64,000 nucleotides of DNA from an uncultured Bacteroidales bacterium (GCA_964349765.1 CAYGGZ010000002.1:99151-163150); one strand, 5' to 3'. Positions 28,024 through 38,008 are shown, numbered from the stretch's first letter. Numbers and translations: made by a program. The notes: generated by a model not told the origin, from the sequence alone.

Positions 28024-29016
28024 TTATTTCTTTATATTCATAATTTCCCTGACCGTTAAAAGCTCATCTTCAAGAAACACATAACTTCCGTCTGCACTAT
28101 AAAATGCATAATCTAGCTTATCGCTCCGGGTTCTTTGCTTAAGTCTTATCTCGCCAAGTTTTCTATTATCATTTAACCGGAATGCTTCTATTCGGCTATG
28201 ATTGTTGAACTCACTCACAAAATCGGCAGTATGTGCATCAACAGCATCGTTATTCACTTTGGCTAAGAGAAGAGCCGGAAATGCCGACAGGCTTGCACGC
28301 AACGTGTGAAAGCGCATAGCGCCGTTGCCGTTAAAGCCAAGTTTTGATTGTATTCTCCCGTTTATTTTATTCTCCCCCTCTCTGTCGACCCGAAATTTCA
28401 ATAGGGCATTCGAAAGTTTTCGTCTTAGGCGGCTGGTAAGTACAATTCTTAACTCAAAACTTTCCACTCTTGCGTAAAGGTCCACTGCAACAGGCAATTG
28501 ATGTTCTACGGTTGCGCTATGCACAATTTCTACCACCTTTCTGCCATCAACAGAAAGAAATCCCTTAAAAATAGTTGGTATCATCATATTACCGCTGCTT
28601 TTCTCCTCCCCGAAATCGCTGATCACCAGCTTAGCAAGTTTTGAATTGCTCAGCCGGATCGGATAATGCAAGATGATGGAATCACTTTGATGAGTTAAAA
28701 CAAACCTGTTTATCAGAGTGTCGTAGAAATAGGAGCCACGATAGCGTGCAAAATTGAAGGTTTTAACTTCACCGGGATTTTCTGAGGCGTGAGCATAAAA
28801 CGGTAATGGAATGTTTTTAACTTGTTGAATCTCATGAAATATCTCAAAAGACTTTGTTTGGCGAATAGCGTTGAGCAATACAATTAGCTCATTATCCATC
28901 GCCCTGATATGATCAAAAGCATCTGTAGCAGGAAGTGGCCGCCGGCAGGAGTAAGAGAGCAGAACTATTGCTACGATAGTGAGCGCTGCTAAATAAAATC
29001 GCTTTAATTTTTGCAT
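28024..29016 (-). CDS. Hypothetical lipoprotein (paralog 2)
   Basis: It has a signal peptide with a lipobox (...IVLLSYSC RRP). It is weakly colinear with the 25941-27008 product (for example G.y.YD....F.L......l.YP....A.L.I.D, and C-terminal ..YS.DG...F). Confidence 0.6.
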   Translation of the reverse strand: MQKLKRFYLAALTIVAIVLLSYSCRRPLPATDAFDHIRAMDNELIVLLNAIRQTKSFEIFHEIQQVKNIPLPFYAHASENPGEVKTFNFARYRGSYFYDTLINRFVLTHQSDSIILHYPIRLSNSKLAKLVISDFGEEKSSGNMMIPTIFKGFLSVDGRKVVEIVHSATVEHQLPVAVDLYARVESFELRIVLTSRLRRKLSNALLKFRVDREGENKINGRIQSKLGFNGNGAMRFHTLRASLSAFPALLLAKVNNDAVDAHTADFVSEFNNHSRIEAFRLNDNRKLGEIRLKQRTRSDKLDYAFYSADGSYVFLEDELLTVREIMNIKK

Positions 29017-29229
29017 CTACCTTGATTTAAGGTTCTGACGTTTGACCCCAGCAATTGGCAGTGTATCAAGAATTATCAATCCATTCCCTGATACGGCTCG
29101 TCATCGCCAACATTTTCAAAAACAGGTGCTGTGCGATCTATCTTCATGCAGGCTTTAATCCCAGATTAACAACCGTTTGCCTGCAATTAGCAAAAGTAGC
29201 TAAAAGGGGTGTTACGTTTTATTAATTTT

Positions 29230-29237
29230 TACATTTG
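29230..29237 (+). promoter_or_regulatory. Candidate -7 promoter motif TAcaTTTG upstream of hisS
   Basis: TAnnTTTG match 42 nt upstream of ATG 29279. Confidence 0.45.
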
Positions 29238-29278
29238 CAGCAAGCAGGCTTATTCCTTGTTAAATATGTGGTCTAATT

Positions 29279-30640
29279 ATGTCGCAAAAAACATCAATCC
29301 CTAAGGGAACACGTGATTTTCTCCCTGGCGAGGCCGTTCGCCGAAACTATATTTTCGATACTATCAGGAGTGTTTTCAGACTTTATGGCTACCAACCCAT
29401 CGAAACGCCAGCCATGGAAAACCTCTCTACCCTACTGGGGAAATATGGCGAAGAGGGCGATAAGCTACTTTTCCGTATCCTGAACTCCGGCGATTTCTTG
29501 TCTAATCTTGAGCCTGAAATTTTGAGCACAACCGATTCCGGTAAAGTGTCGTCGTTAATCTGTGAAAAAGGGCTGCGTTACGATCTTACTGTTCCTTTTG
29601 CCCGTTTTGTTGTTCAACATCGTAATGAGATCACATTTCCCTTTAAGCGTTACCAAATACAACCTGTGTGGCGAGCCGACCGCCCCCAGAAAGGGCGTTA
29701 CCGGGAGTTTTACCAGTGCGATGTTGATGTTATCGGCAGCGACTCGCTCCTGAACGAAGCAGAACTTATCCAGATTATTGATGATATTTTCAACCGCCTT
29801 GAAATTAAAGTCAATGTGCTCATCAACAACAGAAAAATCCTTGCCGGAATTGCCGATGTGTTAGGAATTGGTCATATGCTGATTCCCTTTACAGTTGCAA
29901 TTGACAAGATAGACAATATCGGGACAGAAGGGGTTTTGGGAGAATTGGAGAAAATTGGTTTGGGAGTGGATGCCATTGCTAAATTGAAACCGCTGCTTGA
30001 GCTCCACGCAGATAACAATGGCGTAATCAATACGCTGGAGCATATTGCTGGATCGTCGTCAGTGGGTCGAAAAGGTGTTGAAGAGTTGAGAATCCTGTTT
30101 TCTTATCTGCAAGAGTTAGATTTAATCTCCGAAATTAAAGTAACACCGTCGCTTGCCCGTGGACTTAATTATTACACGGGAGCAATTATTGAAGTTAAAT
30201 CAGTTGATGTTCCAATTGGAAGTATCTGCGGAGGCGGTCGCTACGACGATCTCACCGGAGTTTTTGGAATGCCGGGCGTTTCAGGAGTTGGCGTATCGTT
30301 TGGGGCAGAGCGTATTTATGATGTGCTAACAGAACTGAACGGCTTTCCCGAAAACCTTTCCCATACAATCGTGGTGATGTTTGTAAATTTCGGAGGCGAA
30401 AGCCTGACTAAAAGCCTGAAGATTTTAAGGCAACTGCAAAAAAACGGGATTAGCGCTATCATCTTTCCCGACGAAGCCAAACTCAGAAAGCAATTCTCTT
30501 ACGCCGACTCCCTGAAAATACCGTTTGTAGTGCTAATTGGCCAGGAGGAACTAAACAACGGAATGCTGACTCTTAAAAACATGAAAAGTGGTGAGCAAAG
30601 AATGTTGCACATTGAGGATTTTCTAAAACTGACATGGTAA
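29279..30640 (+). CDS. hisS: Histidine--tRNA ligase
   Basis: The 453-aa product has ...PKGTRDFLP..., ...FKRYQIQPVWRADRPQKGRYREFYQCDVD... (motif 2), ...GGGRYD..., ...GVGVSFGAERI... (motif 3), and a C-terminal anticodon-binding domain. Confidence 0.95.
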   Translation: MSQKTSIPKGTRDFLPGEAVRRNYIFDTIRSVFRLYGYQPIETPAMENLSTLLGKYGEEGDKLLFRILNSGDFLSNLEPEILSTTDSGKVSSLICEKGLRYDLTVPFARFVVQHRNEITFPFKRYQIQPVWRADRPQKGRYREFYQCDVDVIGSDSLLNEAELIQIIDDIFNRLEIKVNVLINNRKILAGIADVLGIGHMLIPFTVAIDKIDNIGTEGVLGELEKIGLGVDAIAKLKPLLELHADNNGVINTLEHIAGSSSVGRKGVEELRILFSYLQELDLISEIKVTPSLARGLNYYTGAIIEVKSVDVPIGSICGGGRYDDLTGVFGMPGVSGVGVSFGAERIYDVLTELNGFPENLSHTIVVMFVNFGGESLTKSLKILRQLQKNGISAIIFPDEAKLRKQFSYADSLKIPFVVLIGQEELNNGMLTLKNMKSGEQRMLHIEDFLKLTW

Positions 30641-30649
30641 ATAAACCGT

Positions 30650-32176
30650 ATGACGCAAATTCACTACATTAACAACGAATTTCTCGATTTCGAGAGGATT
30701 GAAGAGATTATGGAGAACGGCTACTCTCTTGCTCTCGATCCTGCTGCTATTCAGCGTATTGAACGTTGTCGCAACTATCTTGACCTGAAAATGGATGCGA
30801 CTTCAGAACCAATTTACGGCGTTAATACCGGATTTGGTTCTCTTTGCGAGATTAGAATCTCAAACGAAGATCTTAACCGACTGCAGGAAAATTTGGTGAT
30901 GTCGCATGCCTGCGGAACAGGGCGTCCGATTGCCCCCGATTTAGTTAAACTGATGCTGTTGCTCAAGATACAATCGCTCGCTTATGGCCATTCCGGCGTT
31001 CAGGTAGCTACTGTGCAGCGACTTGTTGACTTTTTCAACCACAACGTGCTTCCGGTAGTATATGAATATGGCTCGCTTGGAGCTTCAGGCGACCTTGCGC
31101 CATTGGCACATATCTCGTTGCCCTTGATAGGTTTGGGAGAGGTTTGGGTTCAAAACAAAATTGTCCCTGCTTCCAGAGTTTGCATCGAAAAAAACTGGAA
31201 ACCAATCAGTTTGCAATCTAAAGAGGGGCTTGCCCTGCTCAACGGCACTCAATTCATGAGTGCAATTGGAGTTTTCAGTTGTTTGAAAGCATTCAGGCTA
31301 TCAAGACTTGCTGATATAATTGCTGCTATCTCGCTCGATGGTTTCGACGGCAGGTTAGATCCATTTCATGAGCATATTCAGCTTATCCGGCCTCATAAGG
31401 GTCAGATAAAAACAGCGAGCCGCATCCAGAAACTACTTCAGGGCAGTGAAATTGCCATAAGGCCAAAACCTCATGTGCAAGATCCGTATTCATTCCGCTG
31501 TATTCCACAGGTACACGGGGCAACTAAAGATTCATTAAACTATGTGGCTAATGTTTTTCGTGTAGAAATCAATTCTGTAACCGACAATCCGACCATCTTC
31601 CCTGATGAAAATCTGATCCTTTCGGCAGGCAATTTCCACGGGCAACCCCTCGCCCTTGCCTTCGATAATCTCTGTATTGCTATGGCAGAGCTGGGAAGCA
31701 TTTCAGAGCGCCGAACAACACAACTGCTTGCTGGTAAGCGCGGATTACCTAACTTTCTTGTAGCCAACTCAGGTCTGAACTCTGGTTTTATGATCACGCA
31801 ATACACTGCCGCCTCACTTGTGAGCCGGAATAAACAACTTTGCACCCCTTCATCGGTTGATAGCATCGAGTCGTCGCAGGGGCAGGAAGACCACGTTAGC
31901 ATGGGCGCTAATGCAGCTACAAAAACATTACAGGTGCTCGACAATTTGCGGCGGATTCTTGCTATCGAACTTTTTAATGCTGCGCAGGCAATTGATTTTC
32001 GGCGGCCTTTAAGAACTTCACCGGTGTTGGAGGATTTTCTCGCACATTACCGGAAGCAGGTAAGCTTTGTTCATCACGATAGGATAATGTATGAAGACAT
32101 CGAAACTACTATACGGTTTTTAGAAGATGTTCCCTTTGAGCTTCCTGATGAAGATGTGAGGAAATATTCGTTGTAA
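30650..32176 (+). CDS. hutH: Histidine ammonia-lyase (MIO-dependent aromatic amino acid lyase family)
   Basis: The 508-aa product has YGVNTGFG and GSLGASGDLAPLAH (the Ala-Ser-Gly MIO precursor at 31082-31090). The substrate-selectivity position reads Ser-His (MSHACG, 30902-30907), as in histidine ammonia-lyases. Confidence 0.85.
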   Translation: MTQIHYINNEFLDFERIEEIMENGYSLALDPAAIQRIERCRNYLDLKMDATSEPIYGVNTGFGSLCEIRISNEDLNRLQENLVMSHACGTGRPIAPDLVKLMLLLKIQSLAYGHSGVQVATVQRLVDFFNHNVLPVVYEYGSLGASGDLAPLAHISLPLIGLGEVWVQNKIVPASRVCIEKNWKPISLQSKEGLALLNGTQFMSAIGVFSCLKAFRLSRLADIIAAISLDGFDGRLDPFHEHIQLIRPHKGQIKTASRIQKLLQGSEIAIRPKPHVQDPYSFRCIPQVHGATKDSLNYVANVFRVEINSVTDNPTIFPDENLILSAGNFHGQPLALAFDNLCIAMAELGSISERRTTQLLAGKRGLPNFLVANSGLNSGFMITQYTAASLVSRNKQLCTPSSVDSIESSQGQEDHVSMGANAATKTLQVLDNLRRILAIELFNAAQAIDFRRPLRTSPVLEDFLAHYRKQVSFVHHDRIMYEDIETTIRFLEDVPFELPDEDVRKYSL

Positions 32177-32232
32177 AAACAGATTTATGTAGTTGGGTTT
32201 AAGTGTTCGCAATCACTTAATGTTATAGACAT

Positions 32233-35145
32233 ATGACCCGGAATCGTATTTTTCTCTTAATCATCCTTTTATTTGCAGCGCACTCTGCAATAGCACAATT
32301 CTATTCCTTTGGCGAAGACCCCGCTTCGCTCAGATGGCGCCAGATCCGAACACCAAATTTCCGTTTGATTTATCCTCAGGAGTGGGAGAAACTGGCCCCG
32401 GAAGTGGCCGGATTTCTGGAAACAATTCGTCAGCCAGTGGCTTCATCGCTCCAAAGCCGCACCAGACCTATTCCCGTAATCCTGAGAAACCAAACTATGC
32501 TCAGCAATGGTTTTGTTACATGGGCCCCGAAGCGGATCGAACTTTTCACAACAACTCCATCCGACAACCAAGCAACCAACTGGATGCGCTATCTGAGTAT
32601 TCATGAGTTTCGCCATGTTGCTCAGATTGAAGCCATAAACCGCTCTACGACCCGTTTTTTTTCATTCATTTTCGGACAATATATTACCGGAGCTGTGGCA
32701 GGATTACACCTGCCGCTCTGGTTTCTTGAAGGAGATGCCGTGCTCATTGAAACCGCGATGACACAATCCGGACGAGGCCGCCTGCCCTCTTTCCACAACC
32801 TGCTTCGCTCGCAAGTGCTCGAAAGAGGAATATTCTCATTCGATAAGGCTATCCACGGCTCATATCGCAACAGAGTTCCCAATCACTATGTACTGGGCTA
32901 CCATCTTGTAGGAGCAACAAGGGACCAGTTTGATATGGAGCCATTCAACAAGGCGTTAAGGAATGTGGCTGCCACCCCTTTCCTTCCGGGCTCGTTTTCA
33001 CGGGGAGTGCGCAGAGCAACAGGTATGAACCTCCGTCAACTCTATCGCCATAATATGACCCAGCTTCTGGAGAAATGGCAAAATCAGCAAGCTGGTATAG
33101 TTAATCATGAATTCTCAGTGATTGAGCCGCACAACAATCTTGATTACGTTAACTATATCAATCCGCAGCACATTGATAATGACAACATTATTGCCATCCG
33201 CACTGCTATGGCCGATATCCCAAGGGTGGTGAAAATTAATCGCAGCGGATCAGAAAAGATTCTGTATTCACCCTCTGCAGGAGAGTATTCTACCCTGAGC
33301 TACGCCAATGGGTTGGCTGCATGGGTGGAATACACTTTTGACCCAAGATGGGCTTACCGCGTTTGGAGCGATATCCGTGTTTTTGATCTGACAACTCAAG
33401 CAAGTTGGAAAATTACACGCAGAGGCAGGTTTCAAGCATCAAGGCTGTCGCCCGACGGGTCGAAAATTGCCGCCATCGAACAGGACATACTCAGCCAGTG
33501 GAGGCTTGTTATCATGGATTCCCGCACCGGCGAACAGTTGCAGGTGATCGCAGACACTACTATTAATTTCCTTACACAACCTGTATGGTCATCCTGTGCA
33601 ACTGTAATCGCAGCTATTGCAACTAACTACGGCACAGGAAAATCTATTGTCAGATTTAATCTCGACGACTTAAAAACAGAGCATCTATTTGCTTCAGGAC
33701 TTTATGAGATCAATGCACCGGCTATTCATTCTCACTTGGTTTATTTTACAGGTACATGGAGTGGCAGCGATGAGATATATGCATGGGATTCTGAAAGGAG
33801 CCGGCTTTACCATGTGCTTCGCTCACCTTACGGCGCAGGCAGCGTCAACATTTCGCAAAATGGAAACAGAATGTTATTTTCCGATTTTCAATATGGAGGA
33901 CAACGCATTGGAGAGGTTACAAGCATAACTCACACACCTGTTAATATTGACACAATCATAAACTTATCGCTTAGATTGTATGAAAAAACTGCAGTTGCAG
34001 AGTCCTTCGTAGCCGATACCGTTCAAACGGCCACTGTCGGAAAAATTTCTGAGCGTTACTCCCGCACACACAATACACTACACGTACACAGTTGGGCGCC
34101 GGTGGCGCTTGATATTGACGGAATTACCGCCCAGCCCGGTTTTACGCTGCTTTCACAAGACCTGCTGGGAACAACATCTATCCTGGCAGGCTTTGAATAC
34201 GACCCTACGCATTTTGACAGTCTAGTAGCGTTTGCCGATCTTACCATACGTTCGCAATATCCTGTTTTTCAACTGCGTGGCGAGGCAGGAGTGCAAAACC
34301 GCTACTACCGCCATCTTGGTTTTGACTACCTTCTTTTTGAAACAGCTTTCGGGAAGATAACCGCCAGTATGTTCGTGCCTCTGTCGTTTCGCCATCAGCA
34401 ATGGTTCTGGGGTCTGATACCACGCTTGTCAACTTCTCACGAATGGGGTTCAAAGAATATTTTCGGCGAGATACGTGATTTTCAAATCCATACCGTGTCG
34501 TATAGCGGTGTAGTATATGCATTACAACGTATGGCATTCCGTGATCTATACCCTCGCTGGGGATTTGTTGGATCGTTTTATGCTGCTCATTCTCCGTTCA
34601 AAAGCTCAGAAAAAAGAAGTTACGATTCCGGACATTTGTTGGCAGGCCAGGCTGTATTTTATCTGCCAGGGCTGTTGCCTCACCACAGCCTGCGTGTGTA
34701 TGCAGGGTTTCAGAACCGAATAGCCAGGCTATTAATGTTTTCCGATGTTATTAGGTTTGCAAGGGGATATCAAAATGTTCCATCGCAAAGATTACAAACC
34801 TTTTCGGCCGAGTATTCATTCCCTTTGTTTTACCCCGATTTCTCAATAGGATCCTTGGCATACATTAAACGGATAAAATCCAACCTGTTTGCCGATTATT
34901 CAATCATATCACCTTCTTTTTACAATACAAACCAATTCAGCAATGTTGGTATTGATCTGGTTGCCGATCTGCACATGTTTCGTATGCCCATGCCGCTCGA
35001 AGCTGGCATAAGGCTGTTACACACATTCAATTTCTATGATGGCGGTTTCTCTGCCTCAATGATACTTGGAGTTAATTTTGCCACACTCGGGCACATTGCT
35101 GCATTGGCTGGACGCGGTTTACCACTTCTCAGAGCAGAATATTGA
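32233..35145 (+). CDS. Large secreted protein: N-terminal HExxH region, central TolB/WD40-like repeats, C-terminal beta-rich region
   Basis: It has a signal peptide (LLIILLFAAHSAIAQ) and HEFRH at 32602-32616. The central segments (...SPDGSKIAAIEQD...WRLVIMDSRTGEQ..., ...SQNGNRMLFSDFQYGGQRI...) resemble PD40/beta-propeller blades. The C-terminal 300 aa alternate hydrophobic and polar residues. Function is unknown. Confidence 0.55.
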   Translation: MTRNRIFLLIILLFAAHSAIAQFYSFGEDPASLRWRQIRTPNFRLIYPQEWEKLAPEVAGFLETIRQPVASSLQSRTRPIPVILRNQTMLSNGFVTWAPKRIELFTTTPSDNQATNWMRYLSIHEFRHVAQIEAINRSTTRFFSFIFGQYITGAVAGLHLPLWFLEGDAVLIETAMTQSGRGRLPSFHNLLRSQVLERGIFSFDKAIHGSYRNRVPNHYVLGYHLVGATRDQFDMEPFNKALRNVAATPFLPGSFSRGVRRATGMNLRQLYRHNMTQLLEKWQNQQAGIVNHEFSVIEPHNNLDYVNYINPQHIDNDNIIAIRTAMADIPRVVKINRSGSEKILYSPSAGEYSTLSYANGLAAWVEYTFDPRWAYRVWSDIRVFDLTTQASWKITRRGRFQASRLSPDGSKIAAIEQDILSQWRLVIMDSRTGEQLQVIADTTINFLTQPVWSSCATVIAAIATNYGTGKSIVRFNLDDLKTEHLFASGLYEINAPAIHSHLVYFTGTWSGSDEIYAWDSERSRLYHVLRSPYGAGSVNISQNGNRMLFSDFQYGGQRIGEVTSITHTPVNIDTIINLSLRLYEKTAVAESFVADTVQTATVGKISERYSRTHNTLHVHSWAPVALDIDGITAQPGFTLLSQDLLGTTSILAGFEYDPTHFDSLVAFADLTIRSQYPVFQLRGEAGVQNRYYRHLGFDYLLFETAFGKITASMFVPLSFRHQQWFWGLIPRLSTSHEWGSKNIFGEIRDFQIHTVSYSGVVYALQRMAFRDLYPRWGFVGSFYAAHSPFKSSEKRSYDSGHLLAGQAVFYLPGLLPHHSLRVYAGFQNRIARLLMFSDVIRFARGYQNVPSQRLQTFSAEYSFPLFYPDFSIGSLAYIKRIKSNLFADYSIISPSFYNTNQFSNVGIDLVADLHMFRMPMPLEAGIRLLHTFNFYDGGFSASMILGVNFATLGHIAALAGRGLPLLRAEY

Positions 35146-35226
35146 ACTGAGAAAAACGGTTCGTGACCGCATAACTGTTACACAGCTCACTTTTAACGTG
35201 AGCATGGCTGATGGATTGCCTTTTAG

Positions 35227-36924
35227 TTATGCGGCATGGTCTCGTGAATTTACTGCAGGTAGCGTAAAGCTGAATGTCGAACCAACGTTTATCTCCGACT
35301 CAACCCATATTTTGCCGCCCATTAATTCAACCAGGCCTTTTGAAATAGGCAGGCCAAGGCCAGTGCCTTCAACCATTTGAATCTGATCGTTATCTAACTG
35401 CACAAAGCGGTCGAAAATTCTTCCAATATCATCATGCGATATGCCCACCCCTGTATCTTTAACATAAAACAAGATGTTTCGCTCATCATACATCCTGCAC
35501 CCAAGCTCTACGCTTCCTTCCAGTGTGTATTTCGATGCATTGATCATCAGATTATTGAGTATTTGTTTGAGCCGTGGCTGATCGGCAGTGATTGTATATT
35601 TTGCGCTAAATTCATTATTAAGCAATAGTTTAAGGTGCCGCTCCTTCACATGGCGGTTTTCTTTAAATAAGAGGATTATATCATCGAGCAATGTGGTCAG
35701 ATAAAATTCTTCCACGTTGAGCTTCATCTGTCCGGCTTCCATCTTTGATTGATCAACTATATCGTTAATAATATTCAGTAATGAGTATCCACTTTTCTGA
35801 ACAATAGTAAGGTATGAACGTCTGGTTTCTTCATCTGTTTCATCTTCGAGGAGCAGTTCAGTAAACCCTAGAATTCCATTCAGGGGAGTTCTAATCTCAT
35901 GGCTCATATTGGCTAGAAAAGCGGACTTTAGCCGTACGGACTCCTGGGCGCGTTGCTTTTCGATAACCAATTCCTTTTTTTGGCGGATGAAATCTTCAAT
36001 TAAGCTCGCAATCCGATTGAAATCGCTGCTGCATTTTTTTAATTGCATAATGTCGGAGGTGTTCCCGCTAAGGATAATATCTCCTACTTTCCTAAGCGGC
36101 CTGGTTACCCAACAGTTCAACAGTATTGCCTGCAAAAGCACTACCAGAATTATTCCTATCACTAGTATATTCAACAATTTACGTGATGATGCAGTGTAGA
36201 GTTGCAGAAAGTTTAATTCTCGGGCGAAAGTAACATAACCGGATACCTGCTTGTTAGCGTCTAAAAGTGGAACGGAAACATTAATCGTATAATCATGTGC
36301 CTGATTGTCTGAGACATGTTGCTGGTTCGATGTAGTAACTATACTTCCTGACAAAGCCATTGCCTTTTGGTTCAAATTATCATCCCAAAGTTTTGCAACT
36401 AAAAAATAACCTGAGGGATTGGAGTGGCGTTCCGGATCGTCGGTGGGATGTATTGTGGCTCCGTGTATGAGCAGTAGGCCCGCATCTGTATATTCTGCAT
36501 AACTGATAAGCCGGTCATTATAAAGCTTTTCGAGTAAATCGTTGCTGAACCGAATGTGCGAAAGTGAACTGTGGTCATAATTATAAGCGTTATAAATTAG
36601 CTCCTTGTCGTTATTCACAATCCAGACGGCGTGGAAGTTGAATGAGCCGAGAATTGTTCTTATATTTTCTTCAGCCCATTCAATATCAGGTTCATTCATG
36701 AAAGCAACAAATTCATCCCAGTAAGTGTAATCAGAAACGGTTCTTGAAATAGAAGAGTTCTCTAAATCTATGATTGCGTTGGCATTTTGTTGTAACTTGG
36801 CAAAATAGGAGTCAATGAGGTTTTGTTTCTTTCTATCGTACATCACAATGAGCGTTGCAATGCTTATTGATGCTATAAAAATACTGACAATCAGCATTGT
36901 AATAATTTTCTGTTGCGTACTCAT
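35227..36924 (-). CDS. Membrane sensor histidine kinase
   Basis: There is an N-terminal TM segment, a periplasmic-like region and a second TM segment. The H-box is FLANMSHEIRTPLNGILGFTELL. HATPase_c motifs are NLMINASKYT, VKDTGVGIS and GTGLGLPISKGLVELMGG. No response regulator gene is adjacent. Confidence 0.9.
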   Translation of the reverse strand: MSTQQKIITMLIVSIFIASISIATLIVMYDRKKQNLIDSYFAKLQQNANAIIDLENSSISRTVSDYTYWDEFVAFMNEPDIEWAEENIRTILGSFNFHAVWIVNNDKELIYNAYNYDHSSLSHIRFSNDLLEKLYNDRLISYAEYTDAGLLLIHGATIHPTDDPERHSNPSGYFLVAKLWDDNLNQKAMALSGSIVTTSNQQHVSDNQAHDYTINVSVPLLDANKQVSGYVTFARELNFLQLYTASSRKLLNILVIGIILVVLLQAILLNCWVTRPLRKVGDIILSGNTSDIMQLKKCSSDFNRIASLIEDFIRQKKELVIEKQRAQESVRLKSAFLANMSHEIRTPLNGILGFTELLLEDETDEETRRSYLTIVQKSGYSLLNIINDIVDQSKMEAGQMKLNVEEFYLTTLLDDIILLFKENRHVKERHLKLLLNNEFSAKYTITADQPRLKQILNNLMINASKYTLEGSVELGCRMYDERNILFYVKDTGVGISHDDIGRIFDRFVQLDNDQIQMVEGTGLGLPISKGLVELMGGKIWVESEINVGSTFSFTLPAVNSRDHAA

Positions 36925-37164
36925 GGCATAAACGATTTAGCAAAATGAAATCTGTGAACCGTGCAGAGGATTGATCTTCATTGTATACAACGAAGTCATT
37001 TTCAGAGAGAATACCACAATTCCACCAATACAGCGAATAAAAATGCAAAAGTAGATAAAAACACAATTTATATACTGAACCCTATTTATGAAATTCGATA
37101 CCATTGATGTGAAATAATCGTCCATTAATTATGATATTTGCATAGTCTCTAATACAACTCAAGT

Positions 37165-37521
37165 ATGCCCTTTCTGTTAAAAGTTCTGATTACTGCAGTT
37201 TCGGCTGTGATTGCGGCCTATATACTACCCGGAGTAGAGCTTACCGGGTTTTTTGCTGCGCTTATCTTTGCGTTTATCCTCGCGCTTCTCAACGCAATCC
37301 TTAAGCCGATACTCGTGTTGCTCACCATACCGGTTACTGTATTAACATTAGGTTTGTTTCTTCTGGTAATCAACGCATTGATGATCCTGATTGCCGGGTG
37401 GTTTGTTGCCGGATTTTATGTAGAAGGATTTTGGTTTGCATTGTTGTTCAGCATTGTGTTGTCAATCATATCTGCGATTTTGGGGATTGGGTTCGACCAC
37501 AGGCGTGGCAAAAATTACTGA
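37165..37521 (+). CDS. Phage holin family IV / DUF360 small membrane protein
   Basis: The 118-aa, 4-TM protein has ...LLNAILKPILVLLTIPVTVLTLGLFLLVINALMILIA..., characteristic of the YvlD/DUF360 family. Confidence 0.7.
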   Translation: MPFLLKVLITAVSAVIAAYILPGVELTGFFAALIFAFILALLNAILKPILVLLTIPVTVLTLGLFLLVINALMILIAGWFVAGFYVEGFWFALLFSIVLSIISAILGIGFDHRRGKNY

Positions 37522-37543
37522 TTCGTAGCATAAATCCAAAATT

Positions 37544-38008
37544 ATGAAAAGCCGCGAAATTACTCTGAGTTCCGCAATGGAAGATATCCTCGCCAGATGC
37601 CAGTTTTGTTCGATGGCTATGGTGGATGGCCAAAACGAGCCTTATGTTTTACACATGAATTTCGGCTATGCCGATGGTGTTGTGTATCTTCACTCGGCTC
37701 CGGAAGGAAAAAAGATTGATATTATCAGACAAAACAGCCGGGTTTGCCTTGCTTTTAGCACGGATCACCATCTACGATGGCAAAGCGAAGAGATGGCTTG
37801 CTCCTATAGCATGAAATACCGTAGTATTCTGATTTATGGATCAGTAGAATTTATTGACGACCCCAGCCAAAAGTGTAGTGCGCTTAATATTATCATGAAA
37901 CAGTACACGAATCGTAATGATTTCAACTATGGCGATCCTGCCATCAGAAATGTAATGGTTTATAAAGTGGTCGCAGACAAAATGGAAGGAAGGGCTTACG
38001 GATATTGA
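37544..38008 (+). CDS. Pyridoxamine 5'-phosphate oxidase-like FMN-binding split-barrel protein
   Basis: The 154-aa product has ...CQFCSMAMVDGQNEPYVLHMNFGYADGVVYLHSAPEGKK...YRSILIYGSVEFIDD..., a pattern like NimA/PNPOx family 2. Confidence 0.7.
   Translation: MKSREITLSSAMEDILARCQFCSMAMVDGQNEPYVLHMNFGYADGVVYLHSAPEGKKIDIIRQNSRVCLAFSTDHHLRWQSEEMACSYSMKYRSILIYGSVEFIDDPSQKCSALNIIMKQYTNRNDFNYGDPAIRNVMVYKVVADKMEGRAYGY

Noticed and set aside
30650-32176. The HAL-family gene as a tyrosine/phenylalanine ammonia-lyase for aryl-polyene or flexirubin-type pigment synthesis
   Set aside because: The selectivity dipeptide reads Ser-His, as in histidine ammonia-lyases (TAL has His-Leu and PAL has Phe-Leu). 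No polyketide or aryl-polyene genes are adjacent.
32196-32226. Hairpin ttaagtg-ttcgcaat-cacttaa after hutH, sharing the 'cacttaa' string with the repeat family
   Set aside because: Only the 7-nt string is shared. It is more simply a local stem-loop or terminator, and I do not count it as a repeat copy.
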